A DNA stretch of 64,000 nucleotides, taken from IMG/VR virus record IMGVR_UViG_3300047319_000532; one strand, 5' to 3'. Positions 33,391 to 43,000 of this stretch are shown here, one piece after another. Numbering within the stretch: the stretch's first letter is position 1; each line of letters opens with the position of its first letter. Both the position numbers and the translations under genes were made by a program. Origin of the DNA: a virus. A model generated the notes under the pieces. It worked only from the letters and a program-made list of their open reading frames with translations, was not told the origin of the DNA and did not search any database.

Positions 33391-33430
33391 GGCCCCGCTC
33401 GCGTACATCCGGCGTAGCGGGGCCCTTTTT
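33391..33430 (+). terminator. strong rho-independent terminator
   Basis: GGCCCCGCT(33391-33399)/AGCGGGGCC(33416-33424), then C + TTTTT. Confidence 0.8.
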
Positions 33431-33489
33431 GTCACGGTTCCGGGGCAGGAACAAGGCGTCATACAGCAAGAACGTAGCAGGATCAAGCG

Positions 33490-33705
33490 ATGGCATTGAC
33501 AAGTCGGGCCGCGTTCGCACAAAGTATGCGGGAGCAGGTCCGCATACGGGTCGATGCTTTGAAAGACAATATGGCGTTTGGCGGCGGCGTGCCCACCTTT
33601 GAGGCGTACCGCGAGCTGGTCGGTCAAGTGAGGGGCCTGTATGAGGCCATCGAAATACTCGACGAGGCCGAACGCATTATCGAAGAACGTGAAAGAGGCC
33701 GCTGA
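33490..33705 (+). CDS. hypothetical protein
   Basis: 71 aa, first ORF after the terminator. Confidence 0.55.
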   Translation: MALTSRAAFAQSMREQVRIRVDALKDNMAFGGGVPTFEAYRELVGQVRGLYEAIEILDEAERIIEERERGR

Positions 33706-34091
33706 TGGCTTATGCCCAGATGGAGCATGAATTGGAGCCTCGTTTGAAGCTCCTGAAAGAATTGGGCGACATTTCGGGCATCGAGCTGTTCACCAACCAC
33801 GTGCTGGTTGCGGTCTACCAGCGTCCTGAAAAGACCAAGTCCGGCATCTTCCTGCCCGGCCAGACGCGAGATGAAGATCAATACCAATCCAAAGTCGGCC
33901 TCGTGATCAAGAAAGGGGCGCAGGCTTTTGTCAGCACCGGCGGCTGGAATTTCGAAGACGTCAATGTAGAGGACTGGGTCATCTTTCGCCCCTCCGACGG
34001 CTGGGCCACCGGCATCAATGGCGTCTACTGCCGCTTTCTCGTCGATACCTCCATCAAAGGGCGCGTCAGCTCGCCTGACCTGATCTGGTGA
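33705..34091 (+). CDS. GroES/Cpn10-like co-chaperonin
   Basis: NHVLVAVYQRPEKTKSGIFLPG...SKVGLVIKKG...VEDWVIFRP follows the Cpn10 pattern (mobile-loop-like KTKSGIxLP). Upstream of scaffold and capsid. Confidence 0.55.
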   Translation: MAYAQMEHELEPRLKLLKELGDISGIELFTNHVLVAVYQRPEKTKSGIFLPGQTRDEDQYQSKVGLVIKKGAQAFVSTGGWNFEDVNVEDWVIFRPSDGWATGINGVYCRFLVDTSIKGRVSSPDLIW

Positions 34092-34969
34092 ATCCCATGG
34101 CCAAAGACCCCAACATCGACCCAGACTGGACACCGCCGGTTGACAGGGCTGAACAGCAAACGCCGGATCCGATCGCCGAACTGAAGGCGCAGCTCGCCCG
34201 CGAGCAGGCGGCGCGCGCCGACGCCGAGAAGCGCGCCAACGAGCTGGCGCAGGCTGCGCACAGCTCGCAGAACGAAGTGGCCGACAGCCAGCTGCAGCTG
34301 GTCACCTCGGCGATCGAGCGCGTCAAGGAACAGCGCACGCTGATCCGCAACGCCAAGGCGCAGGCCGCGGCGGCAGGCGACTGGGACGCCGTCGCCGTGC
34401 TGGATGACCAGCTGGCTGACGAAGCCGCCAGACAACTGCAGCTGGAGAACGGCAAGGCCGCCATGGAGGCGCAGCCGAAGCCGCAAGCGCCGCAACCGAT
34501 CCGCACCATGTCGCAGGATCCGGTGGAGGCGCTGGCCAGCCAGCTGACGCCGCGCTCCGCCGCATGGGTTCGAGCCCATCCCGAATGTGCTCGAGACCAG
34601 AAACTCTATGCCAAGATGATCGCCGCCCACAATCTGGCGGTCGCCAATGACATCGAGCCGGATTCCGACGAATATTTTCACACGGTCGAGCAGACGATCT
34701 ACAACAAGAAGCCTGTCACGAACGTCGAAGAAAATGACGATGATGACGATGATGATCCGATGGCTGCCGCCGCCAAAGCGGTTCCGGCGCGCGCCGCGGC
34801 TCCGCCAGCAGCTCCAGTCAGCCGCGGCAGCGTCAACACTCGCAGTATGCGCCTGACGCCTGCCGAGCGCGAAGCTGCTGAAATTTCCGGCCAGACTGAG
34901 CAGGAATACGCGCAGGCGAAGGAAGACATGATCAAAGCGGGCCGCATTGGCCAAGGAAGGATTCACTGA
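34088..34969 (+). CDS. scaffolding-like protein
   Basis: Track start GTG 34088 (alternative ATG 34097). Coiled-coil Ala/Gln/Glu-rich with an acidic DDDDDDD patch. Position just before the capsid genes. Confidence 0.6.
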   Translation: MNPMAKDPNIDPDWTPPVDRAEQQTPDPIAELKAQLAREQAARADAEKRANELAQAAHSSQNEVADSQLQLVTSAIERVKEQRTLIRNAKAQAAAAGDWDAVAVLDDQLADEAARQLQLENGKAAMEAQPKPQAPQPIRTMSQDPVEALASQLTPRSAAWVRAHPECARDQKLYAKMIAAHNLAVANDIEPDSDEYFHTVEQTIYNKKPVTNVEENDDDDDDDPMAAAAKAVPARAAAPPAAPVSRGSVNTRSMRLTPAEREAAEISGQTEQEYAQAKEDMIKAGRIGQGRIH

Positions 34970-35511
34970 TGGCCGCCTCCAAGATCCCCGGGCTGGGCGC
35001 TCCTGAATTTGAGCGCGAGCCGATGCGCGAAAGCTTTGAGGACCACCTCAAGCGCGCTGCAGACCGTATGGCCGTATTACGCGGTCACTTTGGCGATGAA
35101 ATTCTTGACGCAGGCACCGACGAATTTTACATCGCGCCGTCCGACATTCCGCCGGGCTGGGATTACCAGTGGAAGCGTCACGTGTTGCTTGGCAAGGAAG
35201 ACCCGGCCTATCAGGTGCAGCTGGCGCGCGCTGGCTGGGAGCCGGTGAAAACCCGTCGCCATCCGCATTTCATGCCCGATGGCTCCAAAGACACCTTCAT
35301 CACCCGCAAGGGCATGATCCTGATGGAGCGTCCGCTGGAGCTGACCCGGCAGGCCGAGCGTGCCGAGCGCGACAAGGCCCGCAAGCAGGTTCGCAACAAG
35401 GAAGAGCAGATCACTGCTGCGCCTCCCGGGCAGTTCGACCGCAGCAACAAGGGCGATTCAATGACCAGCGTCAAGAAGGGCTACGTGCCCATGCCGGTCC
35501 CTGAAGGATAG
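34969..35511 (+). CDS. hypothetical head-module protein
   Basis: 180 aa. DIPPGWDYQWKRHVLLGKEDPAYQVQLARAGWEPV motif. Confidence 0.65.
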   Translation: MAASKIPGLGAPEFEREPMRESFEDHLKRAADRMAVLRGHFGDEILDAGTDEFYIAPSDIPPGWDYQWKRHVLLGKEDPAYQVQLARAGWEPVKTRRHPHFMPDGSKDTFITRKGMILMERPLELTRQAERAERDKARKQVRNKEEQITAAPPGQFDRSNKGDSMTSVKKGYVPMPVPEG

Positions 35512-35520
35512 TTTTTACAA

Positions 35521-35545
35521 ACCCCGCTTGACGGCGGGGTTCATT
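35521..35545 (+). terminator. hairpin terminator/attenuator before the capsid genes
   Basis: ACCCCGC(35521-35527)/GCGGGGT(35534-35540), then TCATT. The loop contains TTGACG, which could double as a -35 (TTGACG-17-GTAAAT, 35528-35556). Confidence 0.45.
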
Positions 35546-35653
35546 CGGCAGTAAATACGCGAATACGCCGCCCTCGGGGGTGGTTCAACAACTCCCGGTC
35601 TCCTATTCGCCCCGGTGCGCGATGACGAGCCTCCTAGCAGAGGTTTGCGCGCT

Positions 35654-36259
35654 ATGCCGAACATCAACGCTCCCTTCGGATTCCGCCACTTCAGGGGTAA
35701 CGGCTCGGCCCCGACCTATGAGCAGGTCGAGTACGCGATCACCGTTACCGCGCCTGCGATCTATTTCGGCGACCCCGTCGTCGCGCAGGCCGACGGTTCG
35801 ATCGCCGCTCCGACCGCATCTTCGGGCAACACGCCCGCCGTCCTCGGCATCGCTGGCATCTTTCAGGGCTGCAAATATCTCTCCATCGCGCAGAAACGTG
35901 TCGTCTGGTCGAACTACTGGCCGGGCAGCGATGCTGTGGCCGGTTCCGCCAGAGGCTATGTCGTCAACGATCCGAACGCCCAGTTCGTCGCCCAGTCCGA
36001 CGCCACCGGCGCGGCGCTGGTCGATGTCAACGCCACGGTCGGCTTCATTTTCGCCGCGGGCAACGCCTTCAACGGCATTTCCGCTTACACTCTCGACATG
36101 ACCGCAGGCAACCTGAACGTGGCCAACAACCCCTTCAGGATCGTGGCGATCATCAACGATCCGCCCGGCGCGCAGGGCACGCTCAGCAATGGTCAGCCCT
36201 ACGACTGGGCCGTGGTGGCGTTCAACACCGTCAACACTCGCAACTTCACCGGCGTGTAA
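35654..36259 (+). CDS. capsid-associated protein (decoration/cement candidate)
   Basis: ATG 35654 inside track ORF 35615..36259. 201 aa, immediately upstream of the major capsid gene. Functional call is by position only. Confidence 0.6.
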   Translation: MPNINAPFGFRHFRGNGSAPTYEQVEYAITVTAPAIYFGDPVVAQADGSIAAPTASSGNTPAVLGIAGIFQGCKYLSIAQKRVVWSNYWPGSDAVAGSARGYVVNDPNAQFVAQSDATGAALVDVNATVGFIFAAGNAFNGISAYTLDMTAGNLNVANNPFRIVAIINDPPGAQGTLSNGQPYDWAVVAFNTVNTRNFTGV

Positions 36260-36319
36260 TCAACGGCCAAACCGCCTCGCAAGGGGCGGTTTTTGGCGCT
36301 TTAATTGGAGTGAACCAAA

Positions 36320-37234
36320 ATGGCCGTCAATCTCAGCGCCATCAAAGACCTTCTGCTTCCGGGCTTGCGCGGTGTTGAGGGCAAATACGAGATGATCCCG
36401 TCGCAATACGACAAGGTCTTCACGAAACACACCTCCAAGCTGGCGCTCGAGCGCACCGCTGAAATGCGGTATCTCGGCCTCGCCCAGCTGAAGACTGAAG
36501 GCGGCCAGACCTCCTTCGACAACGGCGCTGGCGAACGCTACGTCTACAATCAGGAGCACACCGAAATCGGTCTCGGCTATGCGATGACCCGCAAGGCCAT
36601 CGACGACAACCTCTACAAGACCCAGTTCCATCCGTCGAACCTCGGCCTGATCGAGTCATTTCAGCAAACCAAGGAAATCTACGGCGCGAACATCCTGAAC
36701 ACGGCGACGACCTACAACGCCAACATCGGCGGAGACGGTCAGGCGCTCTGTGCCGTGGCGCATCCGATCGACGGCGCGACGGTTGGCAACATGCCAGCGG
36801 TGCAAGTCGATCTGAGTGAATCCACCCTGCTCAACAGCATGATCGCAACTCGCACGAACTTCAAGGATCAGGCGGGCTTGAAGGTGTTTGCGCGCGCTCG
36901 CAAACTGATCGTGCCGCCCCAGCTGGAGCCGGTGGCCATCCGCCTGACCAAAACCGAGCTGCGGCCCGGAACAGCAGACAACGACGTCAACGCAATATTG
37001 ACCACTTCGGGGGGACTGCCCGAAGGCTATATCGTCAACGACTTCTTGACGTCTGCTTTCGCTTGGTTCCTTCTCACCAATATTGACGGTCTGTCATTCA
37101 TGGAGAGAATTAAGTTCGAAACCGATATGCAAGTCGATTTCGTGACCGATAACTTGCTGGTGAAAGGATACGAGCGTTATTCGTTCGGCTACTACAACTG
37201 GCGGGCGATCTACGGCAACTTCCCGACCTCGTAA
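36320..37234 (+). CDS. major capsid protein
   Basis: 304 aa. Assigned by position after scaffold and by size and composition typical of HK97-fold coat proteins (…AERTAEMRYLGLAQLKTEGG…). Confidence 0.8.
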   Translation: MAVNLSAIKDLLLPGLRGVEGKYEMIPSQYDKVFTKHTSKLALERTAEMRYLGLAQLKTEGGQTSFDNGAGERYVYNQEHTEIGLGYAMTRKAIDDNLYKTQFHPSNLGLIESFQQTKEIYGANILNTATTYNANIGGDGQALCAVAHPIDGATVGNMPAVQVDLSESTLLNSMIATRTNFKDQAGLKVFARARKLIVPPQLEPVAIRLTKTELRPGTADNDVNAILTTSGGLPEGYIVNDFLTSAFAWFLLTNIDGLSFMERIKFETDMQVDFVTDNLLVKGYERYSFGYYNWRAIYGNFPTS

Positions 37235-37258
37235 TACTGGCACAGAAGGAAAAAGCAC

Positions 37259-37726
37259 ATGGGTGCGACACACTTCACTGGGCCGGTCATCACAGGCGAC
37301 CTCGATCAAGGTCAGGTCGGCGGCCCAAATAAAGGGTTCATCGAGTCCTATCAGGACACTGTGATCCTTAATACTGGCGCTGGCACTACCGACACTGTGC
37401 TCAATATTCCGGCGGGCTCCGTGATCATGGGGTTCGAAGTCGCCACGTTCACGGCGTGGAATAGCGCCACCTCCTCGACGCTCACCATTGGCAACGTGGC
37501 TGGCGGCGCGCAATATGTCGGCGCGACCGATCTGAAGGCGGCGGCTCCGTTCCCGGCCATGACGCAGAGCGCCGCCAACGTCGCCGCCCAGCGCGGCTAC
37601 ACGGCGGCGGGCGTTCCTGCGCCGGTCACTGGGCCGATTTTCATTCGCGTCGTCAATGTCGGCGCGGGCAACGCGGGCGCGGCGCTGGTCTCCGTCCACT
37701 ATGTCCAGACCACGTCATCGAGCTAA
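37259..37726 (+). CDS. virion structural protein, unknown role
   Basis: 155 aa, Gly/Thr/Ala/Val-rich beta-type composition. Confidence 0.65.
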   Translation: MGATHFTGPVITGDLDQGQVGGPNKGFIESYQDTVILNTGAGTTDTVLNIPAGSVIMGFEVATFTAWNSATSSTLTIGNVAGGAQYVGATDLKAAAPFPAMTQSAANVAAQRGYTAAGVPAPVTGPIFIRVVNVGAGNAGAALVSVHYVQTTSSS

Positions 37727-37739
37727 GGGGTGCCCTGTC

Positions 37740-38051
37740 ATGAAAGCAACTGCGCGCAAGTTCGGCGGCCCCACCAAGGGCGACAAAGTCGAAGCTAAAG
37801 ACGTCAAAAACAAAGAGATGAAGCACTCCGAGAAGGAAGACGAAGTGCACGAGGAAGCCGATGAATTTCACGCCAAGAAGGGCGGGAAGGTCAAGAAGCA
37901 GGTCGGCGGTCCGGTCGGGGCTTCAGCGCGCGCCCACGGCGGTCGCGCCGCGCGCAAGAGCGGCGGCTCCTGTGAAGACAGCCCGTTCTCTTCGGCTCGA
38001 GCTGGCACCGCAGCGCCGGGCAGGAAGCTGCAAAAGACCACGATGGATTGA
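37740..38051 (+). CDS. small basic protein with KKGGKV / AHGGRA motifs
   Basis: ATG 37740 inside track ORF 37656..38051. Confidence 0.6.
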   Translation: MKATARKFGGPTKGDKVEAKDVKNKEMKHSEKEDEVHEEADEFHAKKGGKVKKQVGGPVGASARAHGGRAARKSGGSCEDSPFSSARAGTAAPGRKLQKTTMD

Positions 38052-38069
38052 CCAGATCCGGTCTAAAAA

Positions 38070-38089
38070 CAGGGGCCGAAAGGCCCCTG
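38070..38089 (+). terminator. hairpin terminator with GAAA loop
   Basis: CAGGGGCC(38070-38077) GAAA GGCCCCTG(38082-38089), then AACTTCTTT. Confidence 0.55.
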
Positions 38090-38109
38090 AACTTCTTTAG
38101 GAGCGCATC

Positions 38110-38772
38110 ATGGGTCGTCCGATTGTAGTTACCGCCGCGCCCCTCGCCGCGCTTGTCACGAACGGCATTTGCCTGTCGCAGACGCCACCGGCGGGCCCGC
38201 TGCTGTTGAACGGCTCCAAAGTCGTCAATGGCGTCGCCGTCCTCGATCAGGCGCGCCAGATCGCTTTTGCCTCCACCGGCAACAACTCCAACACCACTTT
38301 CACGATCACCGGCACCGATTTCTTCGGAGCCGTGCAAAGCGAAGCCATCGTTGGCGGCAACATCGCCACGGTGGTCAGCACCAAAAACTACAAGACGGTC
38401 ACCTCGATCACCAGCTCGGCGGCGAGTGTGGCGGGCCTGACGGTCGGCACCAACGCCAGCCCGGCGATCACTTCATCGACATGGGTGCGCTTTGATGACT
38501 GGAACGCCAATGGCGTCGCGATTCAGGTGACCGCCAATGGCACGGTCAACTGGACAATTCAGCAGACGCTCGATGATCCGAACAGTCCGACGGATCCGGT
38601 TCTCCCAGCCAATGTGACGTGGCTTCCGCATCCTGACGCCACGCTGGTCGGCGCGACGACGTCGTTGCAGGGAAACTATGCATTTCCGCCGATGTTCGCT
38701 CGCGTGTTGCTGAACAGCGGCACCGGTTCGGTCACCGCCACCTTCAAGCAACCTGACAGCGGAAATTACTGA
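38110..38772 (+). CDS. virion structural protein, unknown role
   Basis: 220 aa, RBS taggagcgcatcATG. Confidence 0.65.
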   Translation: MGRPIVVTAAPLAALVTNGICLSQTPPAGPLLLNGSKVVNGVAVLDQARQIAFASTGNNSNTTFTITGTDFFGAVQSEAIVGGNIATVVSTKNYKTVTSITSSAASVAGLTVGTNASPAITSSTWVRFDDWNANGVAIQVTANGTVNWTIQQTLDDPNSPTDPVLPANVTWLPHPDATLVGATTSLQGNYAFPPMFARVLLNSGTGSVTATFKQPDSGNY

Positions 38773-38969
38773 TGGCCAACCAAGGGCTCTCGAACGGTCA
38801 CCACAAGCTGGCTTCGTCGCCCGGTCTGGCAAGTTTGAAAGGGCTGGGCGGCACTGCTGGGTTCGGAAGTTTGATGGCTGGAGACGCCGCGAGTATGATC
38901 GAGGCGACGCAATCGATCAAAGGAGCGCGTAATGCCAACAGCACTCGGCGGGACAAGCGGAACCTATAG
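38772..38969 (+). CDS. possible small protein (65 aa)
   Basis: TGATG coupling to the previous gene, but it overlaps the next well-supported start by 38 nt. Confidence 0.35.
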   Translation: MANQGLSNGHHKLASSPGLASLKGLGGTAGFGSLMAGDAASMIEATQSIKGARNANSTRRDKRNL

Positions 38970-39633
38970 CTACGCGCCGAGTGTCGGCGAGCTGGTTCTC
39001 TATTCCTACGGCCTGTGCGGCGTGCGCCGCACCGCCATCCTTCAAGAGCACATGGCTGACGCCAGCATCGCCGCCAACCTGTTGCTGGGCGACTGGAGCC
39101 TGAAGGGCGTCAATCTCTGGCAGGTGGACAAGATCACGATCCCGCTGCTCGAGGGCCAAGCCACTTATGACCTCGATCCCGACATCGTCGTCATGCTGGA
39201 CACCTACATCACGCATGGGCCGCCGTGGGCGCTGCTCGATCGCATCATCCTGCCGGTCGGCAGGACCGAATATGCGAGCTACCCCAACAAGGTGCAGGAA
39301 GGCTTCCCGACTGTTTTCTGGATGGACCGCCAGCTCGCGCCGACAGTGAGCATATGGCCGGTCCCGCCCGATGACACTTACGATCTGACGGCCTATGTGC
39401 TGCGGCAGGCGCAAGACGCCAATCTTGACAACGCCCAGATCCCGGCGATACCGGTGGTCTGGCTCAATGCTTTTGCGGTTGGCCTCGCAGCCAAACTGGC
39501 GATGAGCTGGGCACCCGATCGGCTGGCCATGCTGGGGCCTGCCGCCGATGCGGCCTACGCCGCCGCCGCCGCTAATAACGTCGAAACCGCGCAGCAATAT
39601 ATTGCGCCCCAGCTGCAGGGGTATTTCAGATGA
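38932..39633 (+). CDS. virion protein (head-tail adaptor/completion candidate)
   Basis: 233 aa, RBS aaaggagcgcgtaATG. Functional call is by position only. Confidence 0.6.
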   Translation: MPTALGGTSGTYSYAPSVGELVLYSYGLCGVRRTAILQEHMADASIAANLLLGDWSLKGVNLWQVDKITIPLLEGQATYDLDPDIVVMLDTYITHGPPWALLDRIILPVGRTEYASYPNKVQEGFPTVFWMDRQLAPTVSIWPVPPDDTYDLTAYVLRQAQDANLDNAQIPAIPVVWLNAFAVGLAAKLAMSWAPDRLAMLGPAADAAYAAAAANNVETAQQYIAPQLQGYFR

Positions 39634-40097
39634 GCTACGCCAGCAAGTTTGGCAGGGCGAGGGTCAATTCACGTGATCCGCAGGCGTTTGCGATCTGCGA
39701 TCGCTGTGGCTTTGGCTACAATCATGTCGATCTGCGCTGGCAGATGGACTATGCGGGCGCGGCGCTGATCAACAAGCGGATCCTCGTCTGCAGCCATTGC
39801 TATGACACGCCGAACGAGCAGCTGCGCGCGATCGTGCTGCCCGCGGATCCGATGCCGATCATGAATCCGCGCGTGTCGGATTTCAAGAAACTCGAGTCAA
39901 GCGTCCGGGCCACCAGCGCACCGCCGACGTCTGACGCGCGCACTGGCATCCCGGTCCCCGGCGGAGAGCCGCGCGCCACTCAGGATGGCGCTCGCCGCAC
40001 TGCGCAGCAGACCGGAGAGCCTCCTGCTGGCCTCAATGAGACGCCCGGCGTGCCTTACGACAATGTTGACGTGCCCCGGACAGGAAACCTGACATGA
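39630..40097 (+). CDS. Cys4 zinc-binding virion-module protein
   Basis: 155 aa. CDRCG...CSHCYD pattern, ATGA overlaps on both sides. Confidence 0.65.
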   Translation: MSYASKFGRARVNSRDPQAFAICDRCGFGYNHVDLRWQMDYAGAALINKRILVCSHCYDTPNEQLRAIVLPADPMPIMNPRVSDFKKLESSVRATSAPPTSDARTGIPVPGGEPRATQDGARRTAQQTGEPPAGLNETPGVPYDNVDVPRTGNLT

Positions 40098-43000
40098 CTA
40101 CTGTCGTCCAGATTCCAAACCTGCCTGCGGCGATCAGTCTGTCCGGTTCGGAGATGATGGAGGTTGTGCAGGCTGGCGTTTCGTCACGCGCCACAGTGCA
40201 GCAAGTGGCCGATGTCGCCGTAGCAGAAGGTGCTGGCGTCTATGTGAAGAAAACCGGCGACACCATGACCGGCAATCTGACGATCAACGACGCCATCCCG
40301 ACTTTGTTTTTGAACAGCACCAACGCAGCCAATGCATGCAGCATCGTTGGCCAGAAGCTGGGCGGCTTCCGCTGGAAAGTGAATATTGTTGACAGCGCAG
40401 CAGAAACTGGCGGAAACGTCGGATCCGATCTGAATTTTTACCGCTATGACGACAGCGGCAATGTTATCGGGCAGGTGCTCAATCTAAGACGCTCCGATGG
40501 CGCGGTCCGCGTCAATAATGACTTCTATGTGATGCAGACAAGCACTTTTGAGAGTGCTGTTCTATTTAACGGACCGGCTGTATTTGGCGACACTTTAACA
40601 GCTTACTCTGGCGCTGACGTATCTGGTGGCCTCACTGCCGACAGCATCACCACTGGAGCTTTGACTGCGACCGGCACGGTCTCCGGCGCTGGTTTTACCG
40701 CGCTGCTCGCGCCTTACGCCAAGATCAACTCTCAGGTCTTCACCGGCACGCCTTCGCTGCCGACCGGCACGATCGGCGTGACGCAAGCACCCGGCGACAG
40801 CTCGACCAAGTTGGCCACCACGGCTTTTGTCGGCGCGGCGACCACGGCGCTCGGCCTCGGCACTATGGCGACGCAAAACGCCAACAATGTCACGATCACC
40901 GGGGGAACGATAAATGGAACGTCCGTTGGCGCGACGACGCCTAGCACAGGAAAGTTCACCACGCTGGCGGCGTCAGGCGTGGTGTCTGGTGTTGGCTTCA
41001 CCAACTTACTCGCACCTTATGCCTTGGTGGATTCTCAGGTTTTCACCGGAACCCCCTCACTGCCCACCGGCACGATCGGCGTAACGCAGCTGACGGCTGA
41101 CAGCACGACCAAGCTGGCCACCACGGCCTTCGTCAAGGCGCAGGGCTATGCGACCACAGCGTCGCTCGGCACCATGTCAACGCAGAACGCCAACAGTGTC
41201 GCAATCACCGGAGGCGCGATCGATGGCGTCGCCATTGGCGCTACGACGCGCAGCAGCGGCGCTTTCACCACGCTGGCGGCAAATGGCGCGGCGACCTTCA
41301 CAGGCTCGCTGACGGCCTCGCCAGCCAACGCCAACGTCACGTTTTCGCCGACCGGCACCGGCACGGTCACCATCAACCCGGCGACGCTCGGCCATGTGGA
41401 CAACACGGCGATCGGCGCGACGACGGCGAGTACGGGCGCGTTCACCACTTTGAGCGCCACCACCAGCGCCAATTTCACCACGTCCGGCACGGTCACGATC
41501 AATCCGACTACGCTCGGCAACATCAACAATACGACGATCGGCGGCACCACGGCGGCGGCTGGCACTTTCACCAATCTGACCGCGACCGGCACGGTAAGCG
41601 GCGCGGGTTTCACCACGCTGCTGAATCCCTACGCGCTGGTCAATTCGCAAGTTTTCACCGGGACGCCTTCGCTGCCGACTGGCACCATTGGCGTGACGCA
41701 GGCAGCGGCCACTAACAACACGACGCTGGCCACCACGGCTTATGTGAAGTCGCAGAACTATCTGACCGCCAACCAGAGCATTGCGCTTACCGGCGACGTC
41801 ACCGGGTCTGGGACCACGTCGATCGCCTCGACAGTCGTTCAGCTTCAGGGCCGACCGCTGTCGGCCTCCCTGCCCGCCAGCGGCAACCTGATGGGCTGGA
41901 ATGGCACGACGTGGGGGCCGGTCGCGGCTGGCGCGGCTGCGGCTGGCGGCACCGCCAATCAGATCCAGTATAACAACGGCGGCGTCCTCGGCGGCCTCCC
42001 CACCACCGGCACTTTTGCTGGCAGCAATGTGGTGATGAGCATCGCGCCGACGCTCACCAATTCGCTCAATATCACGGGCGCGGCGTCGAACGATTCCACG
42101 CTCGTGATGAACAAGTCGGCGTCCTTGCAGCAATGCCGGATTAATGCGCAGATGGGCGGCGTCTCTCGCTGGCAGATGATGCTTGGCGATACGACGGCGG
42201 AAGGCGGCAGCAACGCCGGTTCCGATTTTACCCTGTCCCGCTTTACTGATGCAGGCGGCGCGCTCGACAGCCCGCTCAAAATCATTCGCTCGACCGGCGT
42301 TGCGACTTTCACGCAGGCGTTGTTTTCAGCCAACCACACAATCACAGGCGCAGCGGGCAACAACGCCGCTGTGATCGTAAACAAGGCTGCGGCTGGGTTT
42401 TACAGCGGCATCGACGGACAGACTGCTGGGTCGAGGCGCTGGCTGATGATGCTCGGCAACGCCACGGCGGAAGGCGGTAGCAACGCCGGTTCAGATTTTA
42501 TGATCAACCGGTACACTGATGCGGCGGGATTTATTGACACGCCTTTGACGATCACGCGCTCATCCGGCGACGCCACGTTTTCTGCCGGTCTTTACGTTCT
42601 CAATTCAGCAGTCACCGCCAAACAGATTGTGATCAATGGCGCGGCGCTCGGCAGTGTCGCGGGCAACATTCAAACTGTTTTTGCGGCAGGATCGACCACC
42701 ACCAATGGCGAGCAACTGCGCTCTGAGGTGCAGCGCAAGTCGGCTGGTTCTGACTGGACGACTGCTGCTTGGCAGACTTACCGCGTCGTCGATGGCACCA
42801 AGATGGGCTATGTCGAGTATGGCAGTCAGGCTGTCAAGCCGATTGCTTTTGGCGTCGCCACTACTGAGCTTGCGTCAATCAGCAGCACAGGCGTTTTCAC
42901 AGCCGCATCGACGCTTGTAGGCACAGGCGCTGTGTTAAATGCTCCAGCCGCCACCGATTCCGTGCTGTGGCTGAACAAACCGGCGTCTGGTCGAGCCAAC

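Noticed and set aside
33440-33489. Degenerate copy of the promoter core (GGCGTCATACAGC) upstream of gene 33490
   Set aside because: No acceptable -35/-10 hexamers at a workable spacing. This could simply be chance similarity.
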